DNA of 64,000 bases from Longimicrobiaceae bacterium (GCA_050732775.1 JBOHRN010000002.1:76731-140730), one strand, 5' to 3'. Positions 17,953 through 29,261 are shown, numbered from the stretch's first letter. The notes: generated by a model not told the origin, from the sequence alone. Numbers and translations: made by a program.

Positions 17953-18258
17953 ATGCTCATTCAGGAGGTCCAGACCGAGCTGCCCGCGAAGGAGGTGATC
18001 CGCCGGGCCAAGGAGTTCTTTCTGCTCCGCTTTTCCCCTTACGCAGGCTTTGTCAGTTCAGAGAGCGACAGCCACGTAAAGTTTGCCGTGGAGGTGGGGA
18101 GTCTCTCCATCGGTACCGGGAGGCGCGACGGAAAAACTGTGGTGCGCGGCTCCACCTCCCGGCTCCACCACGAGCTCTCCCAGTTCCTCGGCACCCTGGC
18201 CCACCCCGAGAAGGTGCGCCAGAACGTGATCGGTCCCGGGGTCTCGGGCGCGGGCTAA
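17953..18258 (+). CDS. Hypothetical protein (101 aa)
   Basis: The ATG directly abuts the HU/IHF stop (TGAATG). Coding-like GC3 bias. No family recognised. Confidence 0.4.
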   Translation: MLIQEVQTELPAKEVIRRAKEFFLLRFSPYAGFVSSESDSHVKFAVEVGSLSIGTGRRDGKTVVRGSTSRLHHELSQFLGTLAHPEKVRQNVIGPGVSGAG

Positions 18259-18302
18259 GGCGGGCGGGAGAACGGCCCGGGCCGCCGGGGGTACCCACAC
18301 TC

Positions 18303-18542
18303 ATGCTAGTCCGGACGGTCTTCTTCGCCTCTTACCGCGACGCGGCTGGCGCCGGCGAGCTGTCCGTCAAGCTCCCCGACGGCGCTTCCGTGGCCGACCT
18401 GGTCTCGCGGCTGAGGTCCGACGGGCTCGGCTCCCTCCCCCCCGATCCGGCCGTGGCGGTCAACGCCGAGTACGCCCCTCTCCACACCCGGCTCTCGGAA
18501 GGAGACGAAGTGGCCTTCATACCACCGGTGTCGGGAGGGTAA
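18303..18542 (+). CDS. moaD: Molybdopterin synthase sulfur-carrier subunit
   Basis: 79-aa ThiS/MoaD-size protein ending in IPPVSGG (C-terminal Gly-Gly). Confidence 0.8.
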   Translation: MLVRTVFFASYRDAAGAGELSVKLPDGASVADLVSRLRSDGLGSLPPDPAVAVNAEYAPLHTRLSEGDEVAFIPPVSGG

Positions 18543-18543
18543 G

Positions 18544-18984
18544 GTGCCGCCGCTGGCCGAGATCGCCTCCGCCCCCATCGATACGGCCGCCCTCCTGGAG
18601 CAGGTGGCCGCTCCCGGGAACGGTGCCACTGTTCTCTTCACCGGCACGGTGCGTAACTCGAACCGGGGGCGCTCGGTGGATTACCTCGAATACCAGCTGT
18701 ACGAGAAGATGGCCGGGCACGAACTGGGGCGCATCGTGGCCGCAGCGGAGAAGCGCTGGCCGGCTGTAGCGGTGGCAGCGGTCCACCGGGTGGGGCGCCT
18801 GGAGGTGGGAGAGGTGAGCGTGGCGGTGGCCGCGGGCTCTCCCCACCGGGCCGAGGCGTTCGAGGTGTGCCGCTACGTGGTCGAGGAGCTGAAAAGCCGC
18901 CTCCCCGTCTGGAAACAAGAGGGGTACACAGGCGGCAGCCGAGAGTGGGTTCCGGGCGTCTCTCCCGCAACCACCGCGCCGTGA
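18544..18984 (+). CDS. moaE: Molybdopterin synthase catalytic subunit
   Basis: MoaE pattern (GATVLFTGTVRN, VAVAAGSPHRAEAFEVCRYVVEELKSRLPVWKQE). Confidence 0.85.
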   Translation: MPPLAEIASAPIDTAALLEQVAAPGNGATVLFTGTVRNSNRGRSVDYLEYQLYEKMAGHELGRIVAAAEKRWPAVAVAAVHRVGRLEVGEVSVAVAAGSPHRAEAFEVCRYVVEELKSRLPVWKQEGYTGGSREWVPGVSPATTAP

Positions 18985-19043
18985 CCCTCCCCCTCGTCTC
19001 CCTGGCGCCGTCGCTTGCCCGTGACGCCCCTTCGACCGGCCTC

Positions 19044-20024
19044 ATGGCCGACGGTTTCGGGCGCCGGATAGAGTACCTGCGCGTCTCGGTCACGGATAAG
19101 TGCAACCTCCGCTGCGTCTACTGCATGCCGGAGGAGGGGCTCCCCTGGCTGAAGCGCGACCGCATCCTTTCGTACGAGGAGATCGCGGAGGTGGTGCGGG
19201 TGATGGCCGGAATGGGGCTGCGCAAGGTGCGCCTCACCGGCGGCGAGCCGCTGGTCCGGAAGGATCTCTCCGCGCTCGTCCGCATGATCCGGAAGGTCTC
19301 CGCCATCAAAGATGTCTCCCTGTCTACCAACGCCGTGCTGCTGGCTCCCCTGGCCGATGAACTGAGGGCCGCGGGTATCTCCCGGCTCAACGTCTCCCTG
19401 GATTCGCTCCAGGCCGGGCGCATCGAACAGATCGCCCGGCGCGACGGGGTGGCCGAGCGTATCTTCGCGGGGCTGGAGGCGGCCGAGCGGGCGGGTTTCG
19501 ATCCCATCAAGATCAACTGCGTGGTGATGCGCGGCCGCAACCACGACGAAGTCGAGGACTTCGCTGCGCTCACCCGCGAGCGTCCGTGGCACGTCCGCTT
19601 CATAGAGGTGATGCCGACCGGGGCTAACTTGGGGGTGTCGAAGGAAGAGTTCGTGAGCGCGGACGAGATCTTGGAAGGGGTGCGTAAGATGGGAGAGTTA
19701 GCACCGGTGGCGGGGCCGGCGGGGAACGGGCCGGCCCGCTACTTCGCTTTCCCCGGTGCCCCCGGCACGGTAGGCGTGATCACGCCCATGAGCCACAACT
19801 ACTGCGAGAGCTGCAACCGTATGCGCCTCACCGCAGACGGCCAGCTCAGACCGTGCCTCTTCGGGTGGATCCAGACCGACCTGCGGGGACCGCTGCGGCG
19901 GGGCGAAGCGATCGAGCCGGCCATCCGCGAGACGCTCCGGGTCAAGCCGGAGCGGCACCAGCTGGTGCAGGGTAGCTCCGAGGGGAGCGGAGGGCTGGCG
20001 GCGCTGTCACAAGTAGGCGGCTAA
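19044..20024 (+). CDS. moaA: GTP 3',8-cyclase (radical SAM)
   Basis: CNLRCVYCMP radical-SAM cluster, C-terminal CxxC cluster (NYCESCNRMRLTADG), and a terminal GG. ATG at 19044. Confidence 0.9.
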   Translation: MADGFGRRIEYLRVSVTDKCNLRCVYCMPEEGLPWLKRDRILSYEEIAEVVRVMAGMGLRKVRLTGGEPLVRKDLSALVRMIRKVSAIKDVSLSTNAVLLAPLADELRAAGISRLNVSLDSLQAGRIEQIARRDGVAERIFAGLEAAERAGFDPIKINCVVMRGRNHDEVEDFAALTRERPWHVRFIEVMPTGANLGVSKEEFVSADEILEGVRKMGELAPVAGPAGNGPARYFAFPGAPGTVGVITPMSHNYCESCNRMRLTADGQLRPCLFGWIQTDLRGPLRRGEAIEPAIRETLRVKPERHQLVQGSSEGSGGLAALSQVGG

Positions 20025-20046
20025 GCGGGGGGCGTGGTGGCCGTGG

Positions 20047-20721
20047 CTAACCCTCCACCCACACCGCTAGCTCGGAGAGGGGCTTTCTGCTGAGATCGGG
20101 GACGGCCGCGTCCTCGGCCGGGTAGCCAACCGGCAAGAGGAGGAAAGGTTTTTCGTTCGGAGGCCGGTTCAGGACCCGGTTCAGGAACCCCATGGGGCTG
20201 GGGGTGTGGGTGAGGGTGGCGAGACCCATCCGGTGGATGGCGGCTATGAAGAAGCCGGCGGCTATGCCGCAGCTTTCCTGGGTGTAGTAGAGGGTCCGGC
20301 GGCCCCCCTCTGGCAGCACTCCGTACAGATGGCGGAAAATGACCACCACCTGGGGGGCGTCAGTGATGTGTGTCTTCACGAAGTCGGTCCCGAGCGGGGC
20401 CAGCGCCTCCAACCACTCGGGTGGCATCCGCCCCTGGTAGTTCTTGCGCTCCTCTTCTTCGGCCGCTTCACGCAGCTTCAGCTTTACCTCGGGGTCGGAG
20501 ACGATAACGAAGGTCCACGGTTGCTGGTGGGCGCCCGAGGGCGCGGTGCCAGCGGCTCGTACTGCCTGTTCGAGTAGCTCGCGGGGGACCGGCTCGCTGG
20601 AAAACTCACGCACCGTGCGCCGATTCTGTAGAGAAGCCAAAAATTCATCCCCGCGACGCGACATCTCTGCCGGTGCCAGCCGCTCGAAGCCGAGCCGGAC
20701 CTTCCGATAATCTCTCTTCAT
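20047..20721 (-). CDS. Nitroreductase-superfamily flavoprotein, iodotyrosine-deiodinase-like subfamily
   Basis: RRTVREFS and APSGAHQQPW FMN-binding motifs, plus an EEEERKNYQGRM...W...L...T..VK..ITDAP segment resembling the IYD lid. Confidence 0.75.
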   Translation of the reverse strand: MKRDYRKVRLGFERLAPAEMSRRGDEFLASLQNRRTVREFSSEPVPRELLEQAVRAAGTAPSGAHQQPWTFVIVSDPEVKLKLREAAEEEERKNYQGRMPPEWLEALAPLGTDFVKTHITDAPQVVVIFRHLYGVLPEGGRRTLYYTQESCGIAAGFFIAAIHRMGLATLTHTPSPMGFLNRVLNRPPNEKPFLLLPVGYPAEDAAVPDLSRKPLSELAVWVEG

Positions 20722-20831
20722 GCGTGTTCTCCTTTGCCCACCGTGGCCCTCGGCCCTACATTCGGTCGTGCTCTGAACCGTTCTTTACTTTGCGACTCGA
20801 AGCTGGCCGGAGCGAAGCGATCTTCAGCGCC

Positions 20832-21791
20832 ATGCAGGGCGTCCGCGCCCTGGTGGTGGGCGACGTCATGCTAGACGTCTACCTGGCCGGCACGGTCTCG
20901 CGCGTGTCTCCCGAAGCGCCGGTACCGGTGGTGCGGATCTCGGGGGAGAGGTACGCCCCGGGCGGCGCCGCCAACGTGGCCGCTAACGTAGCCGCTCTGG
21001 GCGGACGGTGCGAGTTGCTGGGGTGCGTGGGCGCGGACGCGGCCGGAAGCCGCGTGCGCGAGGTCCTCGCCAGCGGTTTGGCGCGGAGTGTAGAGCCGCG
21101 GTTGGTGGAGTGGCCAGACCGCCCCACCACCACCAAGACGCGGGTAATGGCCCGCAGCCAGCAGGTAGTCCGCTTCGACCGGGAGGTCGAGGACGACCTG
21201 CCCGAGGCGTGCGAAACCGCGCTCCTGGATGAGTTGGCGGGGCGGGTGGAAGAGGCGGACGTGCTGATCCTGGAGGATTACGACAAGGGGGTGCTCACCC
21301 CCAAGGTGATCCACACGGCCCTCGACGCCGCGGCCGGGGCCGGAGTTCCTTCGGTGGTGGACCCCAAGCTGCGCCACTTCTTTTGCTTTGGCGGGGCCAC
21401 CGTGTTCAAGCCCAACGCGTTGGAGCTGGCGGCTGCCCTGGGGCAGCCCGCGGTTTCGCTCGCGGACGGTTGGCTGGAAGAGGCGCGCGAGCGGACCGGG
21501 TGCCAGCACCTCTTGCTCACTTTAGGGGAGGAGGGGATGATCCTGCGCTGCCGCGACGGGCGTACGGTTAGTATCCCGGCGGTGGCGCGGGAGGTGTACG
21601 ACGTGTCCGGGGCGGGGGACACGGTCACCGCCACGGTGGGGCTGGCCCTGGCCGTCGGCGCCACCCCAGAGGAGGCGGCCGTGCTGGCCACCCACGCAGC
21701 CGGGGTGGAGGTGGGCAGGCCAGGAGTAGCCACGGTTTCCGCGCAGGAGGTTCTCGGCTCCTTGCGTGAGCACGATGACAATTCTCGCTGA
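20832..21791 (+). CDS. hldA: D-glycero-beta-D-manno-heptose-7-phosphate kinase (RfaE domain I type, PfkB family)
   Basis: VVGDVMLDVY...VSRVSPEAPVPVV N-terminus typical of the HldE kinase domain; PfkB motif DVSGAGDTV. No adenylyltransferase domain. Confidence 0.8.
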   Translation: MQGVRALVVGDVMLDVYLAGTVSRVSPEAPVPVVRISGERYAPGGAANVAANVAALGGRCELLGCVGADAAGSRVREVLASGLARSVEPRLVEWPDRPTTTKTRVMARSQQVVRFDREVEDDLPEACETALLDELAGRVEEADVLILEDYDKGVLTPKVIHTALDAAAGAGVPSVVDPKLRHFFCFGGATVFKPNALELAAALGQPAVSLADGWLEEARERTGCQHLLLTLGEEGMILRCRDGRTVSIPAVAREVYDVSGAGDTVTATVGLALAVGATPEEAAVLATHAAGVEVGRPGVATVSAQEVLGSLREHDDNSR

Positions 21792-21824
21792 GTTCATGTA
21801 AATTACAGTAAACAGTATACTTCC

Positions 21825-22214
21825 ATGAAAGAAATCGAACCCGTACAAACCCCGGAAGCCCCGGCCGCCATCGGGCCTTATAGCCAAGCCGTCCGTTGGG
21901 GGGAGCTGGTATTTACCGCCGGTCAGATCCCCCTGGACCCCGCGAGCGGAGAGCTGGCCGGGGGCGACGACGTGGCCGCCCAGACCGAACGGGTGCTGCG
22001 GAACCTGGCCGCCGTTCTAACAGCAGCCGGGGCGTCTCTCGGATCGGTGCTCAAGACCACGGTCTTCTTGCGCGAGATGGACGACTTCGCGGCCGTGAAC
22101 GAGGTATACGCAAGCCACTTCGCGGGGCATCATCCGGCTCGCTCCACCGTGCAGGCGGCACGGCTGCCCAAGGACGTCAAGGTCGAGATAGACGCGGTCG
22201 CCGTGGTGAAGTGA
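21825..22214 (+). CDS. ridA: RidA family reactive-intermediate deaminase
   Basis: APAAIGPYSQAV, VFTAGQIPLDP, ARSTVQAARLPKDVKVEIDAVA. Confidence 0.85.
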   Translation: MKEIEPVQTPEAPAAIGPYSQAVRWGELVFTAGQIPLDPASGELAGGDDVAAQTERVLRNLAAVLTAAGASLGSVLKTTVFLREMDDFAAVNEVYASHFAGHHPARSTVQAARLPKDVKVEIDAVAVVK

Positions 22215-23599
22215 TGACCGTTATCAACCCCCACATCTTCCGGCAGTACGATATCCGCGGCGTGGTGGGGCGCGACCTCACCCCAGAGCTGGCTCAATCG
22301 GTGGGGCGGGCCTTCGCCACCGTGCTCCGGCGCGAACAAACCGCGGGAGCGGCGCTCTCTGTCGCCCTGGGTAGGGACAACCGCCCCTCGTCAGACCAGC
22401 TGGCGGAGGCGGTCTCCGCGGGCGCGCGGGCGGCCGGGGTAGAGGTACTCGACGTGGGCACCGTGCCCACACCCGCCCTCAGCTTCGCCGCCGCCTACTG
22501 GGAGACGGGTGGGGCGTTACAGGTGACCGGCTCCCACAACCCACCCGACTACAACGGCTTCAAACTCTCCATCGGGGGTCGCTCCCTGTACGGGGACGCG
22601 ATTCGGGAGATCATGCGCCTGATCGAGGCGGGCGACTTCGAGTCGGGAGAGGGCGGGGTCGAGAGGCGCCAGATTCTCGACATTTATCTGCGCGAGGTAT
22701 CCCGCAGGTTCTCGGTCGGGCGGCCGGTCAAGGTGGTGGTAGACTGCGGCAACGGTTCCGGCAGCTTGGTGGCGGTGGATCTCCTGCGCGCCCTGGGGGA
22801 TGAGGTCGAAGTGGTACCCTTGTACTGCGAGTCGGACGGAACCTTTCCCAATCACCACCCCGACCCGGTGGTCGACGAGAACCTCGCTGACTTGATTACC
22901 ACCGTGCAGGAGACCGGCGCCGACCTGGGCGTGGCCCTCGACGGCGACGCCGACCGCATCGGAGCGGTGGACGAGAGCGGCGGGATCGTGCGGGGCGATA
23001 TCCTGCTGCTCCTCTTCGGACTGGACCTCTTGAAGAGACGGGGCAAGGGGCAACCGCTCGTCTTCGACGTGAAGTGCTCCCAAACGCTGCCCGAGGTTTA
23101 CGAGCGGGCGGGCGGACGGGCGGTCATGGCCAAGACCGGGCACTCGCTCATCAAGGAGCGGATGAAGCGGGAGCGCGCCTTGCTGGCGGGAGAGCTCTCG
23201 GGCCACATCATGTTCGCGGATGATTACTACGGCTTCGACGACGCCCTGTACGCGGCTTGCCTCTTGGTGCAGGTGGTCTCCAAGCTCTCTGGCACCCTGT
23301 CGGAGAAAATCTCGGAATTTCCCCGCTACCTATCCTCCCCTGAAATCCGTTACCCCGCCACCGAGGAGTCCAAGTTCGGGATCGTGGAGCGGGCGGTGGC
23401 CCACTTTGGCCGTCACCGCGAGGTGATCGACGTCGACGGGGCGCGAGTTCTCTTCGGGGACGGCTGGGGCCTGGTGCGCGCCTCCAACACCGAGCCGGTG
23501 CTGGTGGCTCGCTACGAGGCGGAGACTAGCGGGCGGCTGCAGGAGATCCGCGACGAAGTAGAGTCGTGGTTGGAGGAGCAAGGCGTGGTCACCGCTTAG
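22214..23599 (+). CDS. Phosphomannomutase/phosphoglucomutase
   Basis: FRQYDIRG, active-site TGSHNPPDYNGFK, metal loop DGDADR, and GELSGH. The ATG overlaps the ridA stop. Confidence 0.85.
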   Translation: MTVINPHIFRQYDIRGVVGRDLTPELAQSVGRAFATVLRREQTAGAALSVALGRDNRPSSDQLAEAVSAGARAAGVEVLDVGTVPTPALSFAAAYWETGGALQVTGSHNPPDYNGFKLSIGGRSLYGDAIREIMRLIEAGDFESGEGGVERRQILDIYLREVSRRFSVGRPVKVVVDCGNGSGSLVAVDLLRALGDEVEVVPLYCESDGTFPNHHPDPVVDENLADLITTVQETGADLGVALDGDADRIGAVDESGGIVRGDILLLLFGLDLLKRRGKGQPLVFDVKCSQTLPEVYERAGGRAVMAKTGHSLIKERMKRERALLAGELSGHIMFADDYYGFDDALYAACLLVQVVSKLSGTLSEKISEFPRYLSSPEIRYPATEESKFGIVERAVAHFGRHREVIDVDGARVLFGDGWGLVRASNTEPVLVARYEAETSGRLQEIRDEVESWLEEQGVVTA

Positions 23600-26272
23600 A
23601 TGTCCAGGCGGACACGTATCACCATCGCCGCAGTGGTGGCGGGGGTCGTGCTGGTGATGGTGGTCGGGCGGGCCGTTTCGCACCTAGTCACTGAGCTCTT
23701 CTGGTACCGCGCGCTCGGGCTGGAGGGGGTGTTCTGGACCCGCTGGTGGGCGGGTGTTGGCGTGCGCTCGGTCGCTGGCCTGCTGGTGGCCCTGGTGGTC
23801 GCCGCGAGCGTGGGGGTGGCGGTCCGGTCGCTGGGCCCGGTGCGGGTGCGCCGCCGCTTCGGCAACTTGGAGATCGAGGAACAGCTTCCCAGGTCGTACG
23901 TGCGGGCCGCCGTGGCCGCCGCCGCCCTTCTCTCGGGGTGGTGGCTCTCGGTCGGGGTGGGAGATCCGGTAGAGGTCCTGGCTGCCGTCCGGGCGCCCGC
24001 GTGGGGAGAGACCGACCCGGTTTTCGGACGCGACCTATCCTTTTACGTCCACCTTTACCCCCTTCTGCAACGGTTCCACGCCCTGGGCTGGATCCTCGTC
24101 TTCTGGACCGCCCTCCTCACCGCGGTGGCTTACGTGGCCGCGGGCGCCATCCAGTGGGGCGCCAGGGGACCCAGGGCCTCCCGCGCGGCGCGGCGCCACC
24201 TGGGGCTATTCGCCGCGGCCGCCTTCCTGCTCTTGGGGTGGGGGTTCTGGCTGGGCCGCTACGCGCCGCTGTTTTCGGGCGGGGGAGTGGGCGGGGTGCT
24301 GGGCTACACCGACGCCGCCGTGGGTATCCCGGCCAGCCAGTTTATAGCCCTACTGGCGGTGCTCGCGGCGGGGGCGGTGGGATACGGAATCTGGGTGGGG
24401 CGACTCCGGCTGCCCGCGGCGGCGGTGGGGGTGCTCCTGGTGGCCGGGGTGGTGGGCAAGTTGGCTCTGCCGGCTCTGGTCCAGCGCTTCCGGGTGGAGC
24501 CGAACGAGTTCGCGCGCGAGAGTCGCTTTATCGACCTCCACCTGGAGTTTACCCGCAGGGGGTACGGGATCGCCGGCCTGGAGCGCCGGCCGCTCCCCTA
24601 CCAGTCCCGGCTGCCAGAGAGTTCCGAGCGGTTGCTGGCCGCGCTGGAGCAACTTCCCTTGTGGGACTCCCGCCCCTTGGAGACTGTTTTTAATGAGGAG
24701 CAGGCCCTCTTTCCCTACTACACCTTTCAGAGCGTCCAGTACGACCGTTACGGCCCGCCGGGAGAGGAGGCGCAAGTAGCCATCTCGGTACGAGAACTAG
24801 ACACCGGCCAGCTCGCCAGCACCGCCCGCACCTGGCAGAACCTCCACCTGAACTACGTGCGGGGAGAGGGGGCGGTGGTGGTCCCGGCGGCGGAGATGAG
24901 GAGCGACGGCGCTCCGGTCTACTGGCTCTCAGACATCTTGCCGTCGCGTCTTTCTGCCGAGGCGCTGCCCGCGCTCTCCCTGACCGACCCTCGCATTCAC
25001 TTCGGGGAGCTGAGCCGGGGGTACGTCGTCCTTGCCGCCGACGAGGGACAAGGCGTCGCGGCTCCCCGGATGGGCGGCTTCTGGAGGCGTCTCGCGTTCA
25101 GTTGGGCGTTCCAGAGCGTGAACCTGCTCTTTTCCAATGAGGTCCGGCCGGAGAGCCGGATACTTTACCAGCGCCAGCTCTCGGAGCGGGCGGCGCGAGC
25201 CGCCCCCTTTCTCCACTTCCCCGAGGGTAGCGCGCCTCTGCCGGTAATCTTCGAGGAGCGCGTGGTGTGGATGCTCGACGGCTATACGGTGGCCACTGAC
25301 TTCCCCCTCTCGGTGCCCGCTCCCTTTGGGGGCCGGGTGGCGCGCTACCTCCGCAATAGCGTCAAGGCGACGGTGGACGCGGTCAGTGGAGAGGTAGCCT
25401 TTTACCGGGTGGTGGACGACGACCCGTTACTCGACTCCTATGAGCGGGTCTTTCCGGGGTTGGTGCGCCCGGTCTCGGAGATGCCGGCCGGCCTCCGCCG
25501 GCACCTCCGCTACCCTACCTCCCTGTTCGAACTACAGGCCCTGGTGCTGCGCGAATACCACCTTGACGGGGCGCGCGAGTTCTACAACAAGAGCGACGTA
25601 TGGGAGCTCCCCACCGAGATCTACCAGGGCGGAGAAGTAGCGTACCGGCCCTTCCACGCCACCATCCCCCTGCCCGGCGAACCGGAGCCCTCGTTCGTGC
25701 TCTCCACCGGCTTTACCCCGAGCGGCCGACAAACCCTGACCGCCCTCCTGGTGACCCGCAACCACCCCTCCCGCTACGGCGAGCAGACCCTGTACGAACT
25801 GCCGAGGGACGTGCAGGTGCCCGGCCCCCAACAGGTGGAGGCAATGATAGACCAATCTGCCGAGATCTCGGAGCAGCTCGCCCTCTGGAGCCGGGGCGGG
25901 AGCCGGGTGCTGCGCGGGCATATGGTGGCCGTCCCCTTTCAAGGGAGCGTGCTGTACGTAGAACCCCTCTTCCTGGAGGCCGAGGAGGACGCCATCCCCC
26001 AGCTCGAACGGGTAATCGTGGTCGGGGGCGGGCGGGTGGCGATGCGTCCCACCCTGACGGAGGCGGTGGATCAACTCCTGGCCGGACCGGGAGAGGACGT
26101 TGCCGCCACCCCGGATGATCCCGCGGCTCCTTCTCCCTCATCGCAGATCTCCCTGGAGCGGGCTCGCCGGCTGCTCCAAGAGGCCGAACTCCGGCTGCGG
26201 CGGGGCGACTGGACGGGGTTCGGAGAAGTGTGGCGCGAGCTGCGCCGCGTTTTGGCAGAAGACGCCCCCTAG
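23600..26272 (+). CDS. UPF0182-family large integral membrane protein
   Basis: 890 aa, with ~7 N-terminal TM helices followed by a large soluble domain. The N-terminus (FWYRALGLEGVFWTRWW) is typical of UPF0182. Confidence 0.65.
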   Translation: MSRRTRITIAAVVAGVVLVMVVGRAVSHLVTELFWYRALGLEGVFWTRWWAGVGVRSVAGLLVALVVAASVGVAVRSLGPVRVRRRFGNLEIEEQLPRSYVRAAVAAAALLSGWWLSVGVGDPVEVLAAVRAPAWGETDPVFGRDLSFYVHLYPLLQRFHALGWILVFWTALLTAVAYVAAGAIQWGARGPRASRAARRHLGLFAAAAFLLLGWGFWLGRYAPLFSGGGVGGVLGYTDAAVGIPASQFIALLAVLAAGAVGYGIWVGRLRLPAAAVGVLLVAGVVGKLALPALVQRFRVEPNEFARESRFIDLHLEFTRRGYGIAGLERRPLPYQSRLPESSERLLAALEQLPLWDSRPLETVFNEEQALFPYYTFQSVQYDRYGPPGEEAQVAISVRELDTGQLASTARTWQNLHLNYVRGEGAVVVPAAEMRSDGAPVYWLSDILPSRLSAEALPALSLTDPRIHFGELSRGYVVLAADEGQGVAAPRMGGFWRRLAFSWAFQSVNLLFSNEVRPESRILYQRQLSERAARAAPFLHFPEGSAPLPVIFEERVVWMLDGYTVATDFPLSVPAPFGGRVARYLRNSVKATVDAVSGEVAFYRVVDDDPLLDSYERVFPGLVRPVSEMPAGLRRHLRYPTSLFELQALVLREYHLDGAREFYNKSDVWELPTEIYQGGEVAYRPFHATIPLPGEPEPSFVLSTGFTPSGRQTLTALLVTRNHPSRYGEQTLYELPRDVQVPGPQQVEAMIDQSAEISEQLALWSRGGSRVLRGHMVAVPFQGSVLYVEPLFLEAEEDAIPQLERVIVVGGGRVAMRPTLTEAVDQLLAGPGEDVAATPDDPAAPSPSSQISLERARRLLQEAELRLRRGDWTGFGEVWRELRRVLAEDAP

Positions 26273-26311
26273 TTGCCGGACTTCGGCACCCCGGTTATCA
26301 TTGCGCCCCCC

Positions 26312-27255
26312 ATGACTCCCCATACGGTGGTGGTGGCCCTGGGCGGAAACGCCCTTTCTCCGGCCGGGGAGGCGGGAACCATCCAGGAGCAGTTCCGGCA
26401 TACGCGCGAGAGCTTGGGCGCGGTGGTGGACATGGCGCGAGACGGGTGGCGGATCGCGGTTGTACACGGGAACGGGCCCCAAGTAGGGAACGCCCTGATC
26501 CGCAACGAAATGGCCCGCGAACGGGTGCCGCCGCTTCCGCTCGGGGTGCTGGTGGCGGCGACGGGTGGCTGGATCGGGTACATGGTCCAGCAGTCGCTCC
26601 AGAACGCCTTGGAGAGCGCCGGAGTGGAGCGGCGGGTGGTAACGGTAGTGACCCAGGTCCTGGTCGATCCCGACGACCCCTCGGTGCGCGAACCGGATAA
26701 GCCCATCGGGCGCCTGCTTGACCAGGCCGCCGCCCGCTCCCTGACCGCGGATTTGGGCTGGCGGGTAGCCGAGGTAGCGGGCGGGTGGCGGCGGGTGGTG
26801 CCGTCTCCCCGGCCGGTCAGGATCGTGGAGCGTGAGATGATCCGCTCCCTGGTGGCCGCAGGGCATCTGGTGATCGCGGCGGGCGGGGGAGGCGCCCCCG
26901 TGTACCGGGACCCAGAGCTGGGGCTGGAGGGGATCGACGGGGTGATCGACAAGGACCGGGCGTCGGCCATCCTGGCCCGCGACATCGGCGCGGAGGTGCT
27001 CTTGATACTAACCGACGTAGACGCGGTGTACCGGCGCTTCGGTACCCCAGAGCAGCGACCTCTACGCCGGCTTACCCCAGGGGAGGCGTTCTCCCTGCTC
27101 GAGGCGGGCGAACTGGGAGCCGGCAGCATGGCCCCCAAAGTAGAGGCGGCGGTGCGCTTCGTGGAAAAGGGTGGCGGCCGCGCCGTTATAGCCCGGCTCG
27201 ACCAGGGCCGCGAGGCGGTGGCGGGGCGCGCGGGTACGGAAATCAGAGGCGATAA

Positions 27256-27259
<4 letters not shown>
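26312..27259 (+). CDS. arcC: Carbamate kinase
   Basis: VVVALGGNAL, VVHGNGPQVGN, and amino-acid-kinase fold motifs (IAAGGGGAPV, DKDRASAILA). Confidence 0.85.
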
Positions 27260-28391
<1,132 letters not shown>

Positions 28392-28395
<4 letters not shown>

Positions 28396-29261
28396 GCATA
28401 TTCATCGACGCTGACACCCGGTTGGTGGTGCAGGGTATCACGGGCCGCGACGGTTCGTTCCACACCCGCCAGATGATGGAGTACGGCACTCGGGTAGTGG
28501 CCGGGGTCACTCCGGGCAAGGGGGGGCAGAGCTTCGACGACTCGGTGCCCGTCTTCGACACCGTCGAGGAGGCGGTGGCCGCGACCGGCGCCAACGCTTC
28601 GGTGATTTACGTGCCCCCGGCGTTCGCGACCGACGCCATTTTCGAGGCCGCCGACGCGGGCGTAAGCTTCATAGTATGCATTACCGAGGGTATCCCGGTC
28701 CTCGACATGACGCGGGTGCGGCCGTTCGTCGAGGAGAAGGGAGCCCGGCTGCTGGGTCCCAACTGCCCCGGATTGATCTCCCCCGGCAAGAGCAAGGTGG
28801 GTATCATCCCCGGAGGCATCACCCACCCCGGCCCAGTGGGGTTGGTTTCACGCTCGGGTACGCTCACCTACGAGGTGGTGTACAAGCTGGACAGAGCCGG
28901 TATCGGCACCACCACCTGCGTGGGTATCGGGGGAGACCCCATCAACGGCCTCTCATTCATAGACTGCCTGGCCGCGTTCGAGGACGACCCGGAGACCGAA
29001 GCCGTGGTCGTAATCGGGGAGATCGGGGGCACCGACGAGCAGGACGCGGGCGATTACGTGAAGGGGCACTTGAGCAAACCGGTGATCGGCTTCATAGCGG
29101 GCCAAACCGCCCCCGCGGACCGCCGCATGGGTCACGCCGGCGCCATCATCTCGGGCTCCGCCGGCACGGCGGAGGAGAAGATCGCTTCGTTCGAGAAGAA
29201 CGGCGTCGGGGTGGCCAGGCGGCCCGCCGAGGTGGCGCAGCTGGTGCGGGAGGTACTGTAG
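28392..29261 (+). CDS. sucD: Succinate--CoA ligase subunit alpha
   Basis: [21 protein letters not shown], and the phosphohistidine loop [10 protein letters not shown]. Confidence 0.95.

Noticed and set aside
18259-18302. Possible Moco riboswitch upstream of moaD
   Set aside because: The gap is only 44 nt, far too short for the ~130-nt Moco motif. No conserved motif elements were seen.
21797-21807. TGTAAATTACA palindrome in the AT-rich gap upstream of ridA, possibly related to the ku-upstream palindrome
   Set aside because: It is only a 5-1-5 inverted repeat. Its half-site arrangement (TGTA..TACA) is the reverse of the ku site (TACA..TGTA). Such short palindromes are expected by chance in AT-rich stretches.
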